Position numbers and translations under genes: made by a program. Below are positions 50,985 to 61,081 of a DNA stretch of 64,000 nucleotides, piece after piece (positions within the stretch are counted from its first letter, which is position 1; each line of letters starts with the position of its first letter). The stretch covers positions 1,184,001 to 1,248,000 of the forward strand of contig OZ243913.1 in assembly GCA_965213705.1 (NCBI GenBank). Direction: 5' to 3'. Source of the stretch: Trueperaceae bacterium (lineage in GTDB: Bacteria; Deinococcota; Deinococci; Deinococcales; Trueperaceae). The notes under the pieces were generated by a model that did no database searches, had not been told where the DNA came from, and was given only the letters and a program-made list of their open reading frames with translations.

Positions 50985-51850
50985 GTCCACCGCCGCTCGA
51001 GCCGTGACAGGACGAAGGTGGTGGAGAATATCAGCACGAACAGCGCCCACGACATGGCCGACGCGTAACCCATACGGCTGAAAGAAAAGGCGTTTTTGAC
51101 AATTCGCTCCACCAACACGGTCGTCGCGCCCGCGGGGCCGCCGCCGGTCATGACGTACACCTGGTCGAACACCTGAAACGAGTTGATAAGGCTGATGGTA
51201 AGTGCAAAAAAGAGGGCCGGGAAGAGCAAGGGAAGCGTGATGTGGCGGAGCTGTTGACATCCAGCAGCTCCGTCGATGCTGGCCGCCTCGTAATACTCGC
51301 GGGGGATGCCCTGCAAACCGGCCAACAGAATGACCATCACGAAGCCGACGTCTTTCCAAACACTCGTCAGGATGACCGCGAACATAGCCCAGCTCGGGTC
51401 GAACAGCCACGCCGGGCCCTGAATGCCTGCGTAAGAGAGGCTGTTGTTGACGAGTCCATAAGCAGGGTTGAGCAGCCATTTCCACACCAGCGCCACCGCC
51501 ACCCAGGAGGTGACGACGGGCAGAAAGTAGACGGCGCGGAAAAAGTTGCGCGCCGGGATGCGGCTGTTCAGGGCGACAGCTACCAAAAGCCCGGCGGTCA
51601 TCACGAGGGGAAGGTAGCCGCCCAGAAAGGTCAAGGTGTGGCGCAGGGCGGTTCGGAACTCGATATCGTCAGCCAAACGGCGAAAGTTTTGCAGACCCGT
51701 GAACTCGGGCGGCGTGAGCAAGTCCCAAGACGCGAACGACAACCCGAGGGAGGCAAGGATCGGCCCCACCAAAAAAAGGAGCACGCCGACGAGGCTCGGC
51801 CCCAAGAAAAGCAGGTAAGTCAGTGCGCGCCGCCCGCCCCGCTCGTACAT
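50981..51850 (-). CDS. Sugar ABC permease
   Basis: YYEAASIDGA, FQVFDQVYVMTGGGP. Confidence 0.93.
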   Translation of the reverse strand: MYERGGRRALTYLLFLGPSLVGVLLFLVGPILASLGLSFASWDLLTPPEFTGLQNFRRLADDIEFRTALRHTLTFLGGYLPLVMTAGLLVAVALNSRIPARNFFRAVYFLPVVTSWVAVALVWKWLLNPAYGLVNNSLSYAGIQGPAWLFDPSWAMFAVILTSVWKDVGFVMVILLAGLQGIPREYYEAASIDGAAGCQQLRHITLPLLFPALFFALTISLINSFQVFDQVYVMTGGGPAGATTVLVERIVKNAFSFSRMGYASAMSWALFVLIFSTTFVLSRLERRWT

Positions 51851-54228
51851 CACACCACCTCGAAGGTGGCGGCGGCTTCGCGGAGCCTGTCCAACTGTGG
51901 GCTGTCGCCACGAATAAAGACGGGCAGACGGTCCAAGGGCGCAGGGGCAACAACGGTTTGGGAACCAGCGAAGTGCGCACCGCTCCAAAAATCCACCCAG
52001 TCTCCGGGCGGAAGAGTCACCTCTCGAGTCTGCGCGCCTTTTTCCAACACGGGGCATACCAGAAGGTCGCGCCCGAACAGGTAGCTGCTGGCGTCACGCA
52101 TGAGCGCGTCGTGGGCCTCGGGCCAGACGAGGCCGGGATAGCGCATGAGGGGCTGGCCCGCCTCGGCGAGGGCCTTTGCTTCTTCCATGATGTAGTCGAG
52201 AAGGTGCATACGGAGCTTGGCGTAGGCGCGGTAAATCGTGAGGGCACGGGCGTCGTCGGAGCGCTCGGCGATATTCCAGGGGGTGCGGTCGCGGCTCTCA
52301 CCCGCGGTGTGCAGTTCGGAGTGGTACTGCATGACAGGGCAGAAGCAGGCCATTTGCGCCGAGCGCACGTACAGTTCGACGGTGGGCACCTCGCCGCTGA
52401 AGCCGCCGATGTCCCAGCCCCAAATGGAAACGCCTGCCAGCCCGGCGCTGAGGCCGGCCTGGATGCTGGCGCGGAAGGCGCTCCAGGTGCTGTTCTCGTC
52501 CCCCGCCCAGTGCGCCGGAGAACGTTGCGCGCCCGTGTAACCGGCTCGAGAAAAGGTAATCCCGTCGCCACCCGTCATGCGGCGCACGAAATCGTGGTAG
52601 GCGTCGACGTAAGCTTGGGGATAGCGGTTGACGAGTTCGACTCCCCGTTGCCCGTTGTGAGCGACGAGGTCGCGCCCCCAGAGGTGCTCGCCCCCGTCCG
52701 TCTTCAGGCCGTCGATGCCGAGTTCGTCGAACAGGTACCGGCGCTTGCCCAGCCACCAGTTCAGAGCTTCGGGGTGGGTGACGTCCAAAACGAGCGCGTC
52801 GGTGAACCACCACCCCTTGTTGCGGTAGGGCGTGCCGTCGGCGTTCTTGACGGCGTAGCCTTGCTCGAGCATGTACGCTTCGTCCGCGTCGTGCTGGGGG
52901 TGGGGCGCGTCGAGCTTCTTTTGGACGGGAATCTGCCACAGCAAAACGCGCACACCGTTTTCGTGACACTCGTCAATCATGGCTTTCGGGTCGGGCCAGC
53001 GCTCGCCGAAGCGGAAGTCGGTCAGCTGTAAGCGCTCGGAGCCTGCGACCGGGTCGTGCTCGGCGTCGTTGAAGATGTAAAACGTGCTCTCGTCGCTCCA
53101 GGCCTCGAGCACGAGTACGGTAGCGGGCACCTCCTCTTTTAGTGTGCGCCTCACCGCCGCTTCGACCTTGGTTTGAGTGTTCCAGGTGTTGGCGCTCATC
53201 CACGGCCCGAAGGCCCACTTAGGCGGCAAGGCTATCTCACCCGTGAGGCGCGTGTAAGCGCTCGTCACGCCGTACGGTTCGTCCCCGACGATGAGGTACT
53301 GGTGCAGGGCGGCGTCACGGCTCGGCACGACGTCGACGGTAACCACGGCGTCGTCACCGCGAGCGTCCAGGTAGCTGGGCGCGTCGGTGTCGAACCAAAC
53401 GCCCCAGGCACAAGAGGAGAGGAAGAAGGGAACGGGCAAGTAGGTCCGTCCCCCTTGCTCTTTGTATTCCTCGTAGACTCGCACGTCCCAACTCCGACCG
53501 CGCAGACCGGGTTCGGTGAAGCGCTCGCCGAGGCCGTACAGCTCTTCCTGGCCCAACGCAAAAGCGGTGCGGAAGCGGGTGACGTTGCCGTTGGGAAGCT
53601 CGAGCCACGCCACTGCAGCACTGCTGCGAGCGCGGGCGACATTTTCGCCGGGGCGGTGCAAAGTGAGTTCTGATGAGTCTTCTCGAATTCTCACCTCGAC
53701 GCCCTCGGCGGCTACGGTGGCGACGCCTTCCTGGCGAACCATTTTGCAGGCGAGTTTACCCTCAGGTAACGATGCGTCACTCGTTTGGAAACTCACCCTG
53801 CACACGCCGACCTCAGGAAAAGACAGATAAAGATGGGCTGTTGCCCCGTCGCCGGTCAGCAGGGAGACGTGCGCTACCGTATCGTGCGCTTCCACAGCAG
53901 CAACGCGCTCCACCCGCCGCCAGCAGCCGACCTCGAGAGCAAAGGGTCCCGCCGTCTCTTCGCCGGACGCTGTTCGGGCGTGAAGGGTGTAGCTGTGCGA
54001 ACCGGACTCGAGCTTGGGCAGCAGCGCGGTCCACACGTCGCCGCCGACCCATTGGGCCGGAAACCGACTTGCCTCGCCGCCGACGGTGAGCGCCACCCAG
54101 GCTTTCGTCGCCGCTGGAACAACGAAGCCGACCTGGACAGCCTCACCGGGTTCGGGGTCGCGGGGGAAACGCTCGGTCGGGAGGCGCTTGTAAGGGTCGT
54201 CGACGCCGTAAGGGTGGTGTTGAATCAT
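51850..54228 (-). CDS. GH31 alpha-glycosidase, 1,3-alpha-isomaltosidase/cycloalternan hydrolase-like
   Basis: YGLGERF, PKWAFGPW, GLKTDGGE, WAGDE.STW, WGWDIGGFSG, YLFGRDLLVCPV; N-terminal H.PYG..PY..ER.PRDP. Confidence 0.88.
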   Translation of the reverse strand: MIQHHPYGVDDPYKRLPTERFPRDPEPGEAVQVGFVVPAATKAWVALTVGGEASRFPAQWVGGDVWTALLPKLESGSHSYTLHARTASGEETAGPFALEVGCWRRVERVAAVEAHDTVAHVSLLTGDGATAHLYLSFPEVGVCRVSFQTSDASLPEGKLACKMVRQEGVATVAAEGVEVRIREDSSELTLHRPGENVARARSSAAVAWLELPNGNVTRFRTAFALGQEELYGLGERFTEPGLRGRSWDVRVYEEYKEQGGRTYLPVPFFLSSCAWGVWFDTDAPSYLDARGDDAVVTVDVVPSRDAALHQYLIVGDEPYGVTSAYTRLTGEIALPPKWAFGPWMSANTWNTQTKVEAAVRRTLKEEVPATVLVLEAWSDESTFYIFNDAEHDPVAGSERLQLTDFRFGERWPDPKAMIDECHENGVRVLLWQIPVQKKLDAPHPQHDADEAYMLEQGYAVKNADGTPYRNKGWWFTDALVLDVTHPEALNWWLGKRRYLFDELGIDGLKTDGGEHLWGRDLVAHNGQRGVELVNRYPQAYVDAYHDFVRRMTGGDGITFSRAGYTGAQRSPAHWAGDENSTWSAFRASIQAGLSAGLAGVSIWGWDIGGFSGEVPTVELYVRSAQMACFCPVMQYHSELHTAGESRDRTPWNIAERSDDARALTIYRAYAKLRMHLLDYIMEEAKALAEAGQPLMRYPGLVWPEAHDALMRDASSYLFGRDLLVCPVLEKGAQTREVTLPPGDWVDFWSGAHFAGSQTVVAPAPLDRLPVFIRGDSPQLDRLREAAATFEVV

Positions 54229-54252
54229 CCAAGTCTCCGCCGAAAGGGCCGA

Positions 54253-55482
54253 CTACCGACCGAGCAAAGCTTCGACACGGTCTTGGGCGCTCGCAAGGGC
54301 TTCTTCGACGGTCTTGGTGCCGAGGCGCGCCGCCTCCAACTCCTGGTTGATGATGTCTTGCAGTTCGGGCTGGTTCTCGACGACGGGCGGGGTAACGGCG
54401 TATTCGAGTGACGCAAATACGGCGTCGCGGTCGGCGGGCGCGCCGCGCTCTAAGTAAGGCTGGAGGACACCGGCATTGTCCAAGGATAGAGCGGGCAGTT
54501 CCCAGTTGCTCTCGATGCGGGTTTGGGTGACTTCGGGGCTGCTGGCGAGGAACTTCACCCACTGCCAGGCCGCGTCGCCAACGTCGCTGTCGTTGGCAAT
54601 CCCCGCGGCGTTGGCGAAGAAGTGCGTAGCCTTGCGAGCGCTGCCAGGCTCGACGGCAATATCCCAGTCGAAAGCGGCATCTTGGAACTTGTCGAACATC
54701 CAGATGCCCGAAACGAGCATCCCGAGTTGACCGTTTAAGAAGAGGTCTTCGTTGGCGACGCCTGAGAGTTGCGCGTCCGTGGGCATGACGCCGGCCGTCT
54801 GCACCTTGTCGACCAGGTAGTGCAGCGCTTGGCGGTTTTCCGGCGTGTCAATACGGATTTCGGAACCCACCTCGAGCCCGCCCCCAGCAGCGGCCGCCGT
54901 TTTGTAGAACTCCCAAAACTGAACCGGTTGGTAGATGCCCCACACGCGCTTCGACGGGTCGGTCAGCTTTTCGGCAGCGCTCATGACGTCGTCCCAGGTC
55001 CAGTCATTGGTGGGGTATTCGAGTCCGGCGTCGTCGAAGAGGTCCTTGTTGTAGTAAAGCACAACCGTCGAGAAGGTGATGGGAAGACCGTACTGGACGC
55101 CGTCGTACTGGAAAGCGTCTAACGCAGCTGGGTAAAACGTGTCTGCGGCGATGCCGGCCTCGCCTTCCAGGTAAGGTGTGAGCGGTTTGAGCGTCTCTCG
55201 AGAGGCAAAGGTGACGAAGTTTTCGTAATTGAGTTCGAACACGTCGGGTGCGTTGCCTGCTGCAAAGTCTGTTTGAAGCTTGGTGAAGTAGTTGTCAAAT
55301 GGGGCGGTGGCGTACTCGATGTTTATTTCAGGGTGTTGGGCTTCGAAAGCGTTAATGAGGGCTTCAAGGTCGGCCACATGGTCCTGGTTGGTCGTAAAGC
55401 TGTAGTAGTTGACAGTCGTCTGCGCAGCAGCCAAGCTAACAAAGAGAATAAAGGCGGCTAGGAAAAACTTTTTCATACTCAC
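54253..55482 (-). CDS. Sugar ABC substrate-binding protein
   Basis: Signal peptide, AAGNAPDVFELNYENF, YYNKDLFD.AG..YP..DWTW. Confidence 0.93.
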   Translation of the reverse strand: MSMKKFFLAAFILFVSLAAAQTTVNYYSFTTNQDHVADLEALINAFEAQHPEINIEYATAPFDNYFTKLQTDFAAGNAPDVFELNYENFVTFASRETLKPLTPYLEGEAGIAADTFYPAALDAFQYDGVQYGLPITFSTVVLYYNKDLFDDAGLEYPTNDWTWDDVMSAAEKLTDPSKRVWGIYQPVQFWEFYKTAAAAGGGLEVGSEIRIDTPENRQALHYLVDKVQTAGVMPTDAQLSGVANEDLFLNGQLGMLVSGIWMFDKFQDAAFDWDIAVEPGSARKATHFFANAAGIANDSDVGDAAWQWVKFLASSPEVTQTRIESNWELPALSLDNAGVLQPYLERGAPADRDAVFASLEYAVTPPVVENQPELQDIINQELEAARLGTKTVEEALASAQDRVEALLGR

Positions 55483-55540
55483 TCCTTAGGTGTAAGAGGT
55501 TTGGTTGTGAAATGTCTCAGGGGTTTAGGAAGCGAAAGAG

Positions 55541-56737
55541 TCAATCACCTCCTGTCAATGAGGCAGCCTCGGTGAGGTAGCGGCTGGCAGCCAAGGCGGC
55601 AGCCCCCCGCGCCCAAGCATCCTCCCCCCAGTTGTCCACAACGAGGTGAACATGCTTAGCTAAGTCTCCAAACGCGTGCTTACTGAGAGACGCCTTAGCG
55701 CGGGGCAGCATAAACTCGGCCGAGCGCATTCCCTCCCCGCTGAGGATGATGAGGCTGGGGGCGAAGATGTTGACGAGGGTGCTTAGAGCTAGCCCGAGCG
55801 TTTCCCCCGCCCCCTCGAGCACGGCGACGGCTTCTACATGACCCTGCTGAGCAAACTCGAGAAGCGTATCAGGTGTAGCCTCATTTGGAAAACCGGGAAC
55901 GTTACGTCTGGCTTGCTCGAGCAGAGCGTAGTCAGAAAGGTAGGCTTCGACCGAGCCTTGCTGCGTGTGCCGACTTTCAGGCCCTGATGAGTCGAGAACC
56001 GAATGTCCAAACTCACCTGCCCCGCCCCGCGGCCCCCGGTACACCTCGCCGCCGATGACGATGCCTAAACCTACGCCCCGGCCCAAAGTGACCACGAGAA
56101 AATCCTCATGCTGTTTCCCGGACCCGAACCAAGCCTCGGCCACGGCCAGCGCGTTGACATCATTCTCGACAAGGGTGGGGAGACTTAAGCGCTCTTCTAA
56201 AAGCTGCGCGAGTGGCGTGTCCGACCAATTAAGGAGAGCGGAGTGGCGTACTCTGCCCGTGTCCTGCTCGACAATGCCGGGCAGGTTGACTCCCAAGCCG
56301 ACAAGCTCCTTTTTTTCAAAGCCAACCTCCGCACAAAGGAGAGCAGTCAAACGCTCGATAACCTTCAGCACAGTTTCCAGGTCGTGATGCTCGAGCGCTT
56401 CGAAACACGAGGCCAGCACCTCAGCGTTCAGGTCAGCTAAAACCGCCGTCACTCCTACGTTGCTGACTTTGAAACCCACGACATGAGCATGCCCATAGTT
56501 TACGGCGAGCAAAATCGGTTTGCGTCCCACCGTCTTGGATACCCCTTGACGGTCTTCATAAACCAATCCTGCCTCAATCAAAGTCCCAGTGATAGCGGTG
56601 AGTGTGGCGGGGCTGAGCTGCAACTCGGTGGCAAGGTCACTGCGCGAAATTCTTGTAGCTCGGTGGATGGCGTTCAGTACAACCCCTTGATTCACCGAAC
56701 GGATTTTTTCGCGTGCCAGTCCAGCCGAAGCAGCCAT
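55541..56737 (-). CDS. ROK-family repressor
   Basis: N-terminal HTH ISRSDLA, ENDVNALA.AE, GVGLGIV, GAGEFGH. Confidence 0.93.
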   Translation of the reverse strand: MAASAGLAREKIRSVNQGVVLNAIHRATRISRSDLATELQLSPATLTAITGTLIEAGLVYEDRQGVSKTVGRKPILLAVNYGHAHVVGFKVSNVGVTAVLADLNAEVLASCFEALEHHDLETVLKVIERLTALLCAEVGFEKKELVGLGVNLPGIVEQDTGRVRHSALLNWSDTPLAQLLEERLSLPTLVENDVNALAVAEAWFGSGKQHEDFLVVTLGRGVGLGIVIGGEVYRGPRGGAGEFGHSVLDSSGPESRHTQQGSVEAYLSDYALLEQARRNVPGFPNEATPDTLLEFAQQGHVEAVAVLEGAGETLGLALSTLVNIFAPSLIILSGEGMRSAEFMLPRAKASLSKHAFGDLAKHVHLVVDNWGEDAWARGAAALAASRYLTEAASLTGGD

Positions 56738-56756
56738 CTCTCCTCCGCGTTCATAT

Positions 56757-56779
56757 AGTTTGTTTAGTAAAGCAATTAT
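56757..56779. promoter_or_regulatory. Putative ROK/XylR-type operator
   Basis: TAGTTTGTTTAGTAAAGCAATTA imperfect palindrome between a minus-strand TTGACA and the ROK start. Confidence 0.5.
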
Positions 56780-56968
56780 TAGGTTATGTCGCCTGATTTG
56801 TCAATAGGGTTACATGCGTAGATAGGGGTTCTAATTTTCTATGAAGTTTTCTCACAGAGGTTCGACGTCTCATAAAGGAGGTTAAGTGACGTTGATTACT
56901 CGGAGTCGGACTTTTCAAAATAAGTAACACAATGTCCTTCGGTTACTTACACCCTCACGCCAGTGAAG

Positions 56969-58495
56969 CTAAACATGCCTTCTGTTTTGAGAACTAAACC
57001 AGACCCGGTAAGTCAGCATCAAAGTGCGCGCTTCAGTCTCTGCCTTGAACTCGGGAAGTAAGCCTTTTCGGCAGGTGGGGCACCTGTTGTAAGGAAAACT
57101 TCTCGGCTTGGAGCGCCAAAACAAAGGTTCAAGCCCCGCCGGGATACGCGACGGGGAGGCGGTGACGAACACCATATCGGTGTTGCAGCAGCTGCTCTTC
57201 GTCACGACAAGTGGGCAGTGACCCGCTAACTTTGGGTCGACGCCGAAACGCTCAAGGTAACTTTTGACAAAGCTGAGCTTGGCAATGTCATGGTCGCCCT
57301 TGTGGGCTGCGGGTGAACGCGGTCTCGGCTGCAGCACGTGCCTGAACTGGCGATGGTGGTCCTGACAGCTCTCACACTCATGAGCCTTGCCGAACTGCCA
57401 GACGAAAGGGTCGTCGATGAGGTCTTTTATGTTAAGGCGAAGTGTCGCTTCGGCCGCTCGCTTTGAAAGTTGAGCCGTGTTGCGGGTGAGTTGAATCGTG
57501 GCTACTTGTTTACCGCCATTGAAAACGAGCACGCGCTCACCCGAGCGCCTGAACTGGTGGTGGCTCAGGCGCTTCGCCTCCAAGCGGCGGCCCTCGCAGC
57601 CGTCGTAATGCAGCCGGCAGTCGCTGGCAACCCGAATTTGCTCGGGTTCCGCCAAGGCCTCACTCAGAAGAAACCAAGCCGCGGCCATTGTCACCTCGTT
57701 CTGTGAGCAAGGCGCGTCGCCCTCGTGCAGAAGCGCGGGTGCTCGGCCGCCCGTGTCCAAAGAAACCAGTGCACCGCAAGCAGGGCAGGCGTACGCCGTT
57801 TCAGCCGAGGCGTTCTGGGCGTGAACCAACCCGACAGCGGAGAAAGCGTAGGGAACGGTTCGGCGCTGCCGGTCGCGTTCGGCGTCTCGAAGCTTTTGGT
57901 ACTCGTCGCACACGCCACACGACCGTTTGAAAGGCACCCTCGGTCGCCACACAGCCGGTTCGCCCTTGCGAACGGCTTCAAGCTCGAGCCACGGCAAGCC
58001 TGCCTCGCCGAGCGCTCGAGCCTTGGCCTCGCTCACCTCGTGCGCGTAGTAGATTTCGAACCCCATCACCACCGCGCCGGCCTGGAGAAGCGCAACGTCC
58101 AGGCGCTGACGACCGAACACCTGCTCGAGTGTGACCTGGTCGTAAGCGGGCAAGGCCACTTCGATGCGGGCGGTGTTTGTGCAACTCACGCGGCCGCCGT
58201 CCACGCTCTCGTGTCCTTGACAAGGTTGCACCAGGGTAAGGGTGTCGGGAAAACCCGCAAGATACTCGGCCAGGAGGCGCTTGCTCGCTTTGTGGAGAAC
58301 ACTCTCTTCAGTGCAGAATCCGCCGCGCGTCTCGGCGTAGTGCGCGAAGTGGGCCGCTCTCTTTGAGCCTCTGCGCACCCGGACATGGGTGCCGCAGTCG
58401 AGACACGTGTAAAAGTAGGCCAGCTTGGGGGCGGTAGCCGGGTCGGCGACGTTGCCCTCGGGCGTAACGGCGAAAGGAACCCCGTCGCCTTTCAT
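56969..58495 (-). CDS. CoiA-like PD-(D/E)XK nuclease with several Cys-pair Zn motifs and a degenerate internal duplication
   Basis: YTCLDCG..V.VRRG...AHFAH, ESVLHK.SK, RLDVAL..GFEI..AH.V...K; leaderless TAGACT-5-ATG. Confidence 0.7.
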   Translation of the reverse strand: MKGDGVPFAVTPEGNVADPATAPKLAYFYTCLDCGTHVRVRRGSKRAAHFAHYAETRGGFCTEESVLHKASKRLLAEYLAGFPDTLTLVQPCQGHESVDGGRVSCTNTARIEVALPAYDQVTLEQVFGRQRLDVALLQAGAVVMGFEIYYAHEVSEAKARALGEAGLPWLELEAVRKGEPAVWRPRVPFKRSCGVCDEYQKLRDAERDRQRRTVPYAFSAVGLVHAQNASAETAYACPACGALVSLDTGGRAPALLHEGDAPCSQNEVTMAAAWFLLSEALAEPEQIRVASDCRLHYDGCEGRRLEAKRLSHHQFRRSGERVLVFNGGKQVATIQLTRNTAQLSKRAAEATLRLNIKDLIDDPFVWQFGKAHECESCQDHHRQFRHVLQPRPRSPAAHKGDHDIAKLSFVKSYLERFGVDPKLAGHCPLVVTKSSCCNTDMVFVTASPSRIPAGLEPLFWRSKPRSFPYNRCPTCRKGLLPEFKAETEARTLMLTYRVWFSSQNRRHV

Positions 58496-58824
58496 AGCTC
58501 AGTCTAAATAGCGACGTGCTGGTAAGACGTAAAAATTCGACACCTTACTCGGGGTGTCAGCTCACGTCTACCGAGTCGGAAAATCTGTTCGCACTTGACA
58601 GCCAAACGCGCTAAATACTTCACACTCACACACGTCATGAAATTTATCACCAGTCACAAGGCCGGTCATGAGGAAGGTACAGGGTGAGTCATAGATAGCG
58701 CCTCGACCTGGATAAGTCGACACATCTCCAGACAATTAAAGTGCTGAGAGGAAGAAAACTCGTCTGCTTCAAAAACACGGGAGAGTCGGCGTTGGGCCAA
58801 AAATCACTAGCAGTGAGGCACGAG

Positions 58825-59799
58825 CTAGTACCGCACCCGAAAGGTCGGGCTGTCCTCGGGTCGCATGGTCCGGCGGTCATAGCCCCTGGTCGTGTCGATT
58901 TTCGAATGCCCTACCCACTCCTGCACCTTGGCGATGTCCGCTTCGTGTTCCAACGCGTTGGTAATGGCCGTGGCCCGGAGGGCGTGGACACAAAAGCCGT
59001 CCACCGCCGAGACACCCACCTCGTCGGCATACTTTTTGATGAGGGTGAGCACCCCCCGGGCCGTCATCGCTTTGTCGATGCTGGTTTTACTGTTCTTGGT
59101 CACCGGTCTGAACAGGGGTCCGGCCTTGTCCGCTTTGTGGCCTGCCGCTTCGAGGTAGGTATCAATCAGTCGCAAAGACTGGGGTGCGGCCGGGATACTC
59201 CAGAGCTTGTCACCCTTACCGTGGACCCGCAACTGGGTCACGCCCCGGTCTTCGTGGACGTCTCTCACCGTGAGCTTGACAAGTTCACTGCGCCGCAGGG
59301 CGTGGAACAAAAAAACTGACAGGATAGCGCGGTCTCGTTGACCTTTCAAGGTGTCATCAGGTGGGGCTGCCAGTAGGGCTCGAGCCTGGGCGTCACCGAT
59401 GGCCGGGGTTTTCTTCGAAGGCTTGTCCGGGCGCTTGACCCCTTGGGTGGGGTTGACTTCAACGGCGTTGTTCTCACACAGGTAGTCGTAAAGCGAACTC
59501 ACCGCGGACAACTTGCGCCGAATCGTGGCCGCGGCCAGGCCCAGTTCTTTGAGCTGGTCGCGCCAGTGAATCACGTGGGACCGGGTGACGTGTCTAAACT
59601 CGGTCGGCTCGCTAATGCCCACGAACTGCATGAAGTCGCGGACGTCTCGCCGGTAAGCCACGCGGGTGTTTTCGTTGTCGAGGTTGGCAAACCATTCGAC
59701 TTCCGGGGGAACGTCCGCCAACGCCAAGAACTGCGCGTCGGTTAAGCGCCGGGTCTGAAGCGTGTGGGCTCGAGCTTTCGTTCTTTCAATGTCGCTCAT
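58825..59799 (-). CDS. Tyrosine recombinase (XerC/D-like, plasmid/transposon resolvase type)
   Basis: SAM-like N-domain; ALRRSEL, HGKGDK, HALRAT, VGHS..TT..Y. Confidence 0.95.
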   Translation of the reverse strand: MSDIERTKARAHTLQTRRLTDAQFLALADVPPEVEWFANLDNENTRVAYRRDVRDFMQFVGISEPTEFRHVTRSHVIHWRDQLKELGLAAATIRRKLSAVSSLYDYLCENNAVEVNPTQGVKRPDKPSKKTPAIGDAQARALLAAPPDDTLKGQRDRAILSVFLFHALRRSELVKLTVRDVHEDRGVTQLRVHGKGDKLWSIPAAPQSLRLIDTYLEAAGHKADKAGPLFRPVTKNSKTSIDKAMTARGVLTLIKKYADEVGVSAVDGFCVHALRATAITNALEHEADIAKVQEWVGHSKIDTTRGYDRRTMRPEDSPTFRVRY

Positions 59800-59830
59800 G
59801 CTTGGACTTTAACACGTGGCTACTCCTATT

Positions 59831-59858
59831 GGTACTCATAAAAGACGTTATAGGTAGT
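59831..59858. other. dif-like 28-bp recombination site
   Basis: GGTACTCATAA-AAGACG-TTATAGGTAGT (11-6-11) just upstream of the recombinase. Confidence 0.6.
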
Positions 59859-59979
59859 AATGGGTGTTGCGGGAGGATGAGTTTTGGATGGCTTGGGAGT
59901 GAAGGTGTTTTTCCTAGACAGCGATTTGTGGTAAGAAAAGATGTTCACCTAATTCCGGCTCACGGTGATATATTGAAAT

Positions 59980-60237
59980 ATGGAACAACTACAAAAACAG
60001 ACAATCCGTTTCGATAGCCAAGGTAGGGCACTTATACCTAAGGTCTTTCGTGAGGCGATGGGGGTTAACGGTGGCGGGGAAGCGGTCGCCTGGCTCGAGG
60101 AGGGACGGTTGGTCTTGGAATCCAGGGCGGCCTTGCTCGAGCGACTCAAGGCGCGTTACCGGGATGTCGAAGGCTCTATGGCCGACGAGCTTATTCAAGA
60201 GCGGCGCGAAGAAGCGGCGCGGGAAGCGCAGGAGTGA
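59980..60237 (+). CDS. AbrB/MazE-family antitoxin
   Basis: FDSQGRALIPKVFREAMG. Confidence 0.88.
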   Translation: MEQLQKQTIRFDSQGRALIPKVFREAMGVNGGGEAVAWLEEGRLVLESRAALLERLKARYRDVEGSMADELIQERREEAAREAQE

Positions 60238-60617
60238 ACGGAGGCCCGGAGGTGCTCGACGCTTCAGCGTTGTTGGCGCTGTTGCAGGAAGAGCCGGGTG
60301 GGGAAAGCGTCAAGTTGGGCGGTTCGGTCATCAACAGTGTGAATTTCGCTGAAGTGGTGCAAAAGTCGCTCGCAAAAGGGAAACCCGTGCAGCGTTTGCT
60401 CGGAGAGTTGCGGCTGTTGGGTTTGGAGGTTGCCCCGTTCACCCCGGAAGAAGGCGTGATGGCTGCCGAACTCTATAACCACACGCGCGCTGCGGGCTTA
60501 TCCCTGGGAGACCGGGCTTGCTTGGCGACGGCGCGTTCGAGGAACGGTGTCGCGGTCACCGCCGACCGAGCTTGGGACTCACCTGACCACGGTGTCGCGG
60601 TTCGGGTGATTCGGTGA
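60234..60617 (+). CDS. PIN-domain (VapC) toxin
   Basis: VLDASALLA, VNFAEV, LSLGDRACLA, TADRAW. Confidence 0.92.
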   Translation: MNGGPEVLDASALLALLQEEPGGESVKLGGSVINSVNFAEVVQKSLAKGKPVQRLLGELRLLGLEVAPFTPEEGVMAAELYNHTRAAGLSLGDRACLATARSRNGVAVTADRAWDSPDHGVAVRVIR

Positions 60618-61020
60618 ACGCCACAGTCGGTGCCGGGACGGCCCCGTTCGGACAGGTCTGGGCTTCTTGAGAAACAGTTCAACCACGGGCACGGTCACGT
60701 CGGGTTTGAGTACGGGCAGCTCGAGCGTTAGAGCATCCGCAAAGCTGTCGGCGCTCGTAAACACGTCTGCGGCGTGGGGGTCGAAGCCGAGCCTTTTTAC
60801 TTCCGAGGCGTCGTGCAGAAACTGGGCGTAGTCCACCCTCTCGGCTAGGCCTTTGAGATGAACATGCAAGTACGGATAGGCGAACAGGTGCAAGTAGAGG
60901 CGTTTGCCGTTTTGGGTAGTGCGGCAGTCTGGGGGAGGGACAAAGTCGCTCTGGGTACAACGGTAAACCGAGCGGCCGTGCCGACGCATCCACTCGCCCA
61001 TACCATTCAGGCGTTCCAGC
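60579..61020 (-). pseudogene. Alpha-L-fucosidase (GH29) C-terminal fragment
   Basis: ERL..MGEWMRRHGRSVY, RLYLHLF.YP, YAQFLHDASEV, PVVELFLK; catalytic domain missing. Confidence 0.75.
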
Positions 61021-61081
61021 GTGAGGAGTTTGGCTCGAGCCGTCTTTGGTTTTTAAGTGAGGTTCTTGGCGGGTTGGCCTG

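Noticed and set aside
51823..53031. Long antisense ORFs (also 14819-15694, 18146-18934, 37550-38389, 19663-20499)
   Set aside because: They shadow well-supported genes on the opposite strand, as expected in GC-rich DNA
58500..58820. Intergenic hairpin GACACC..GGTGTC and TTGACA as a possible ncRNA
   Set aside because: Weak stem and no properly spaced -10 element
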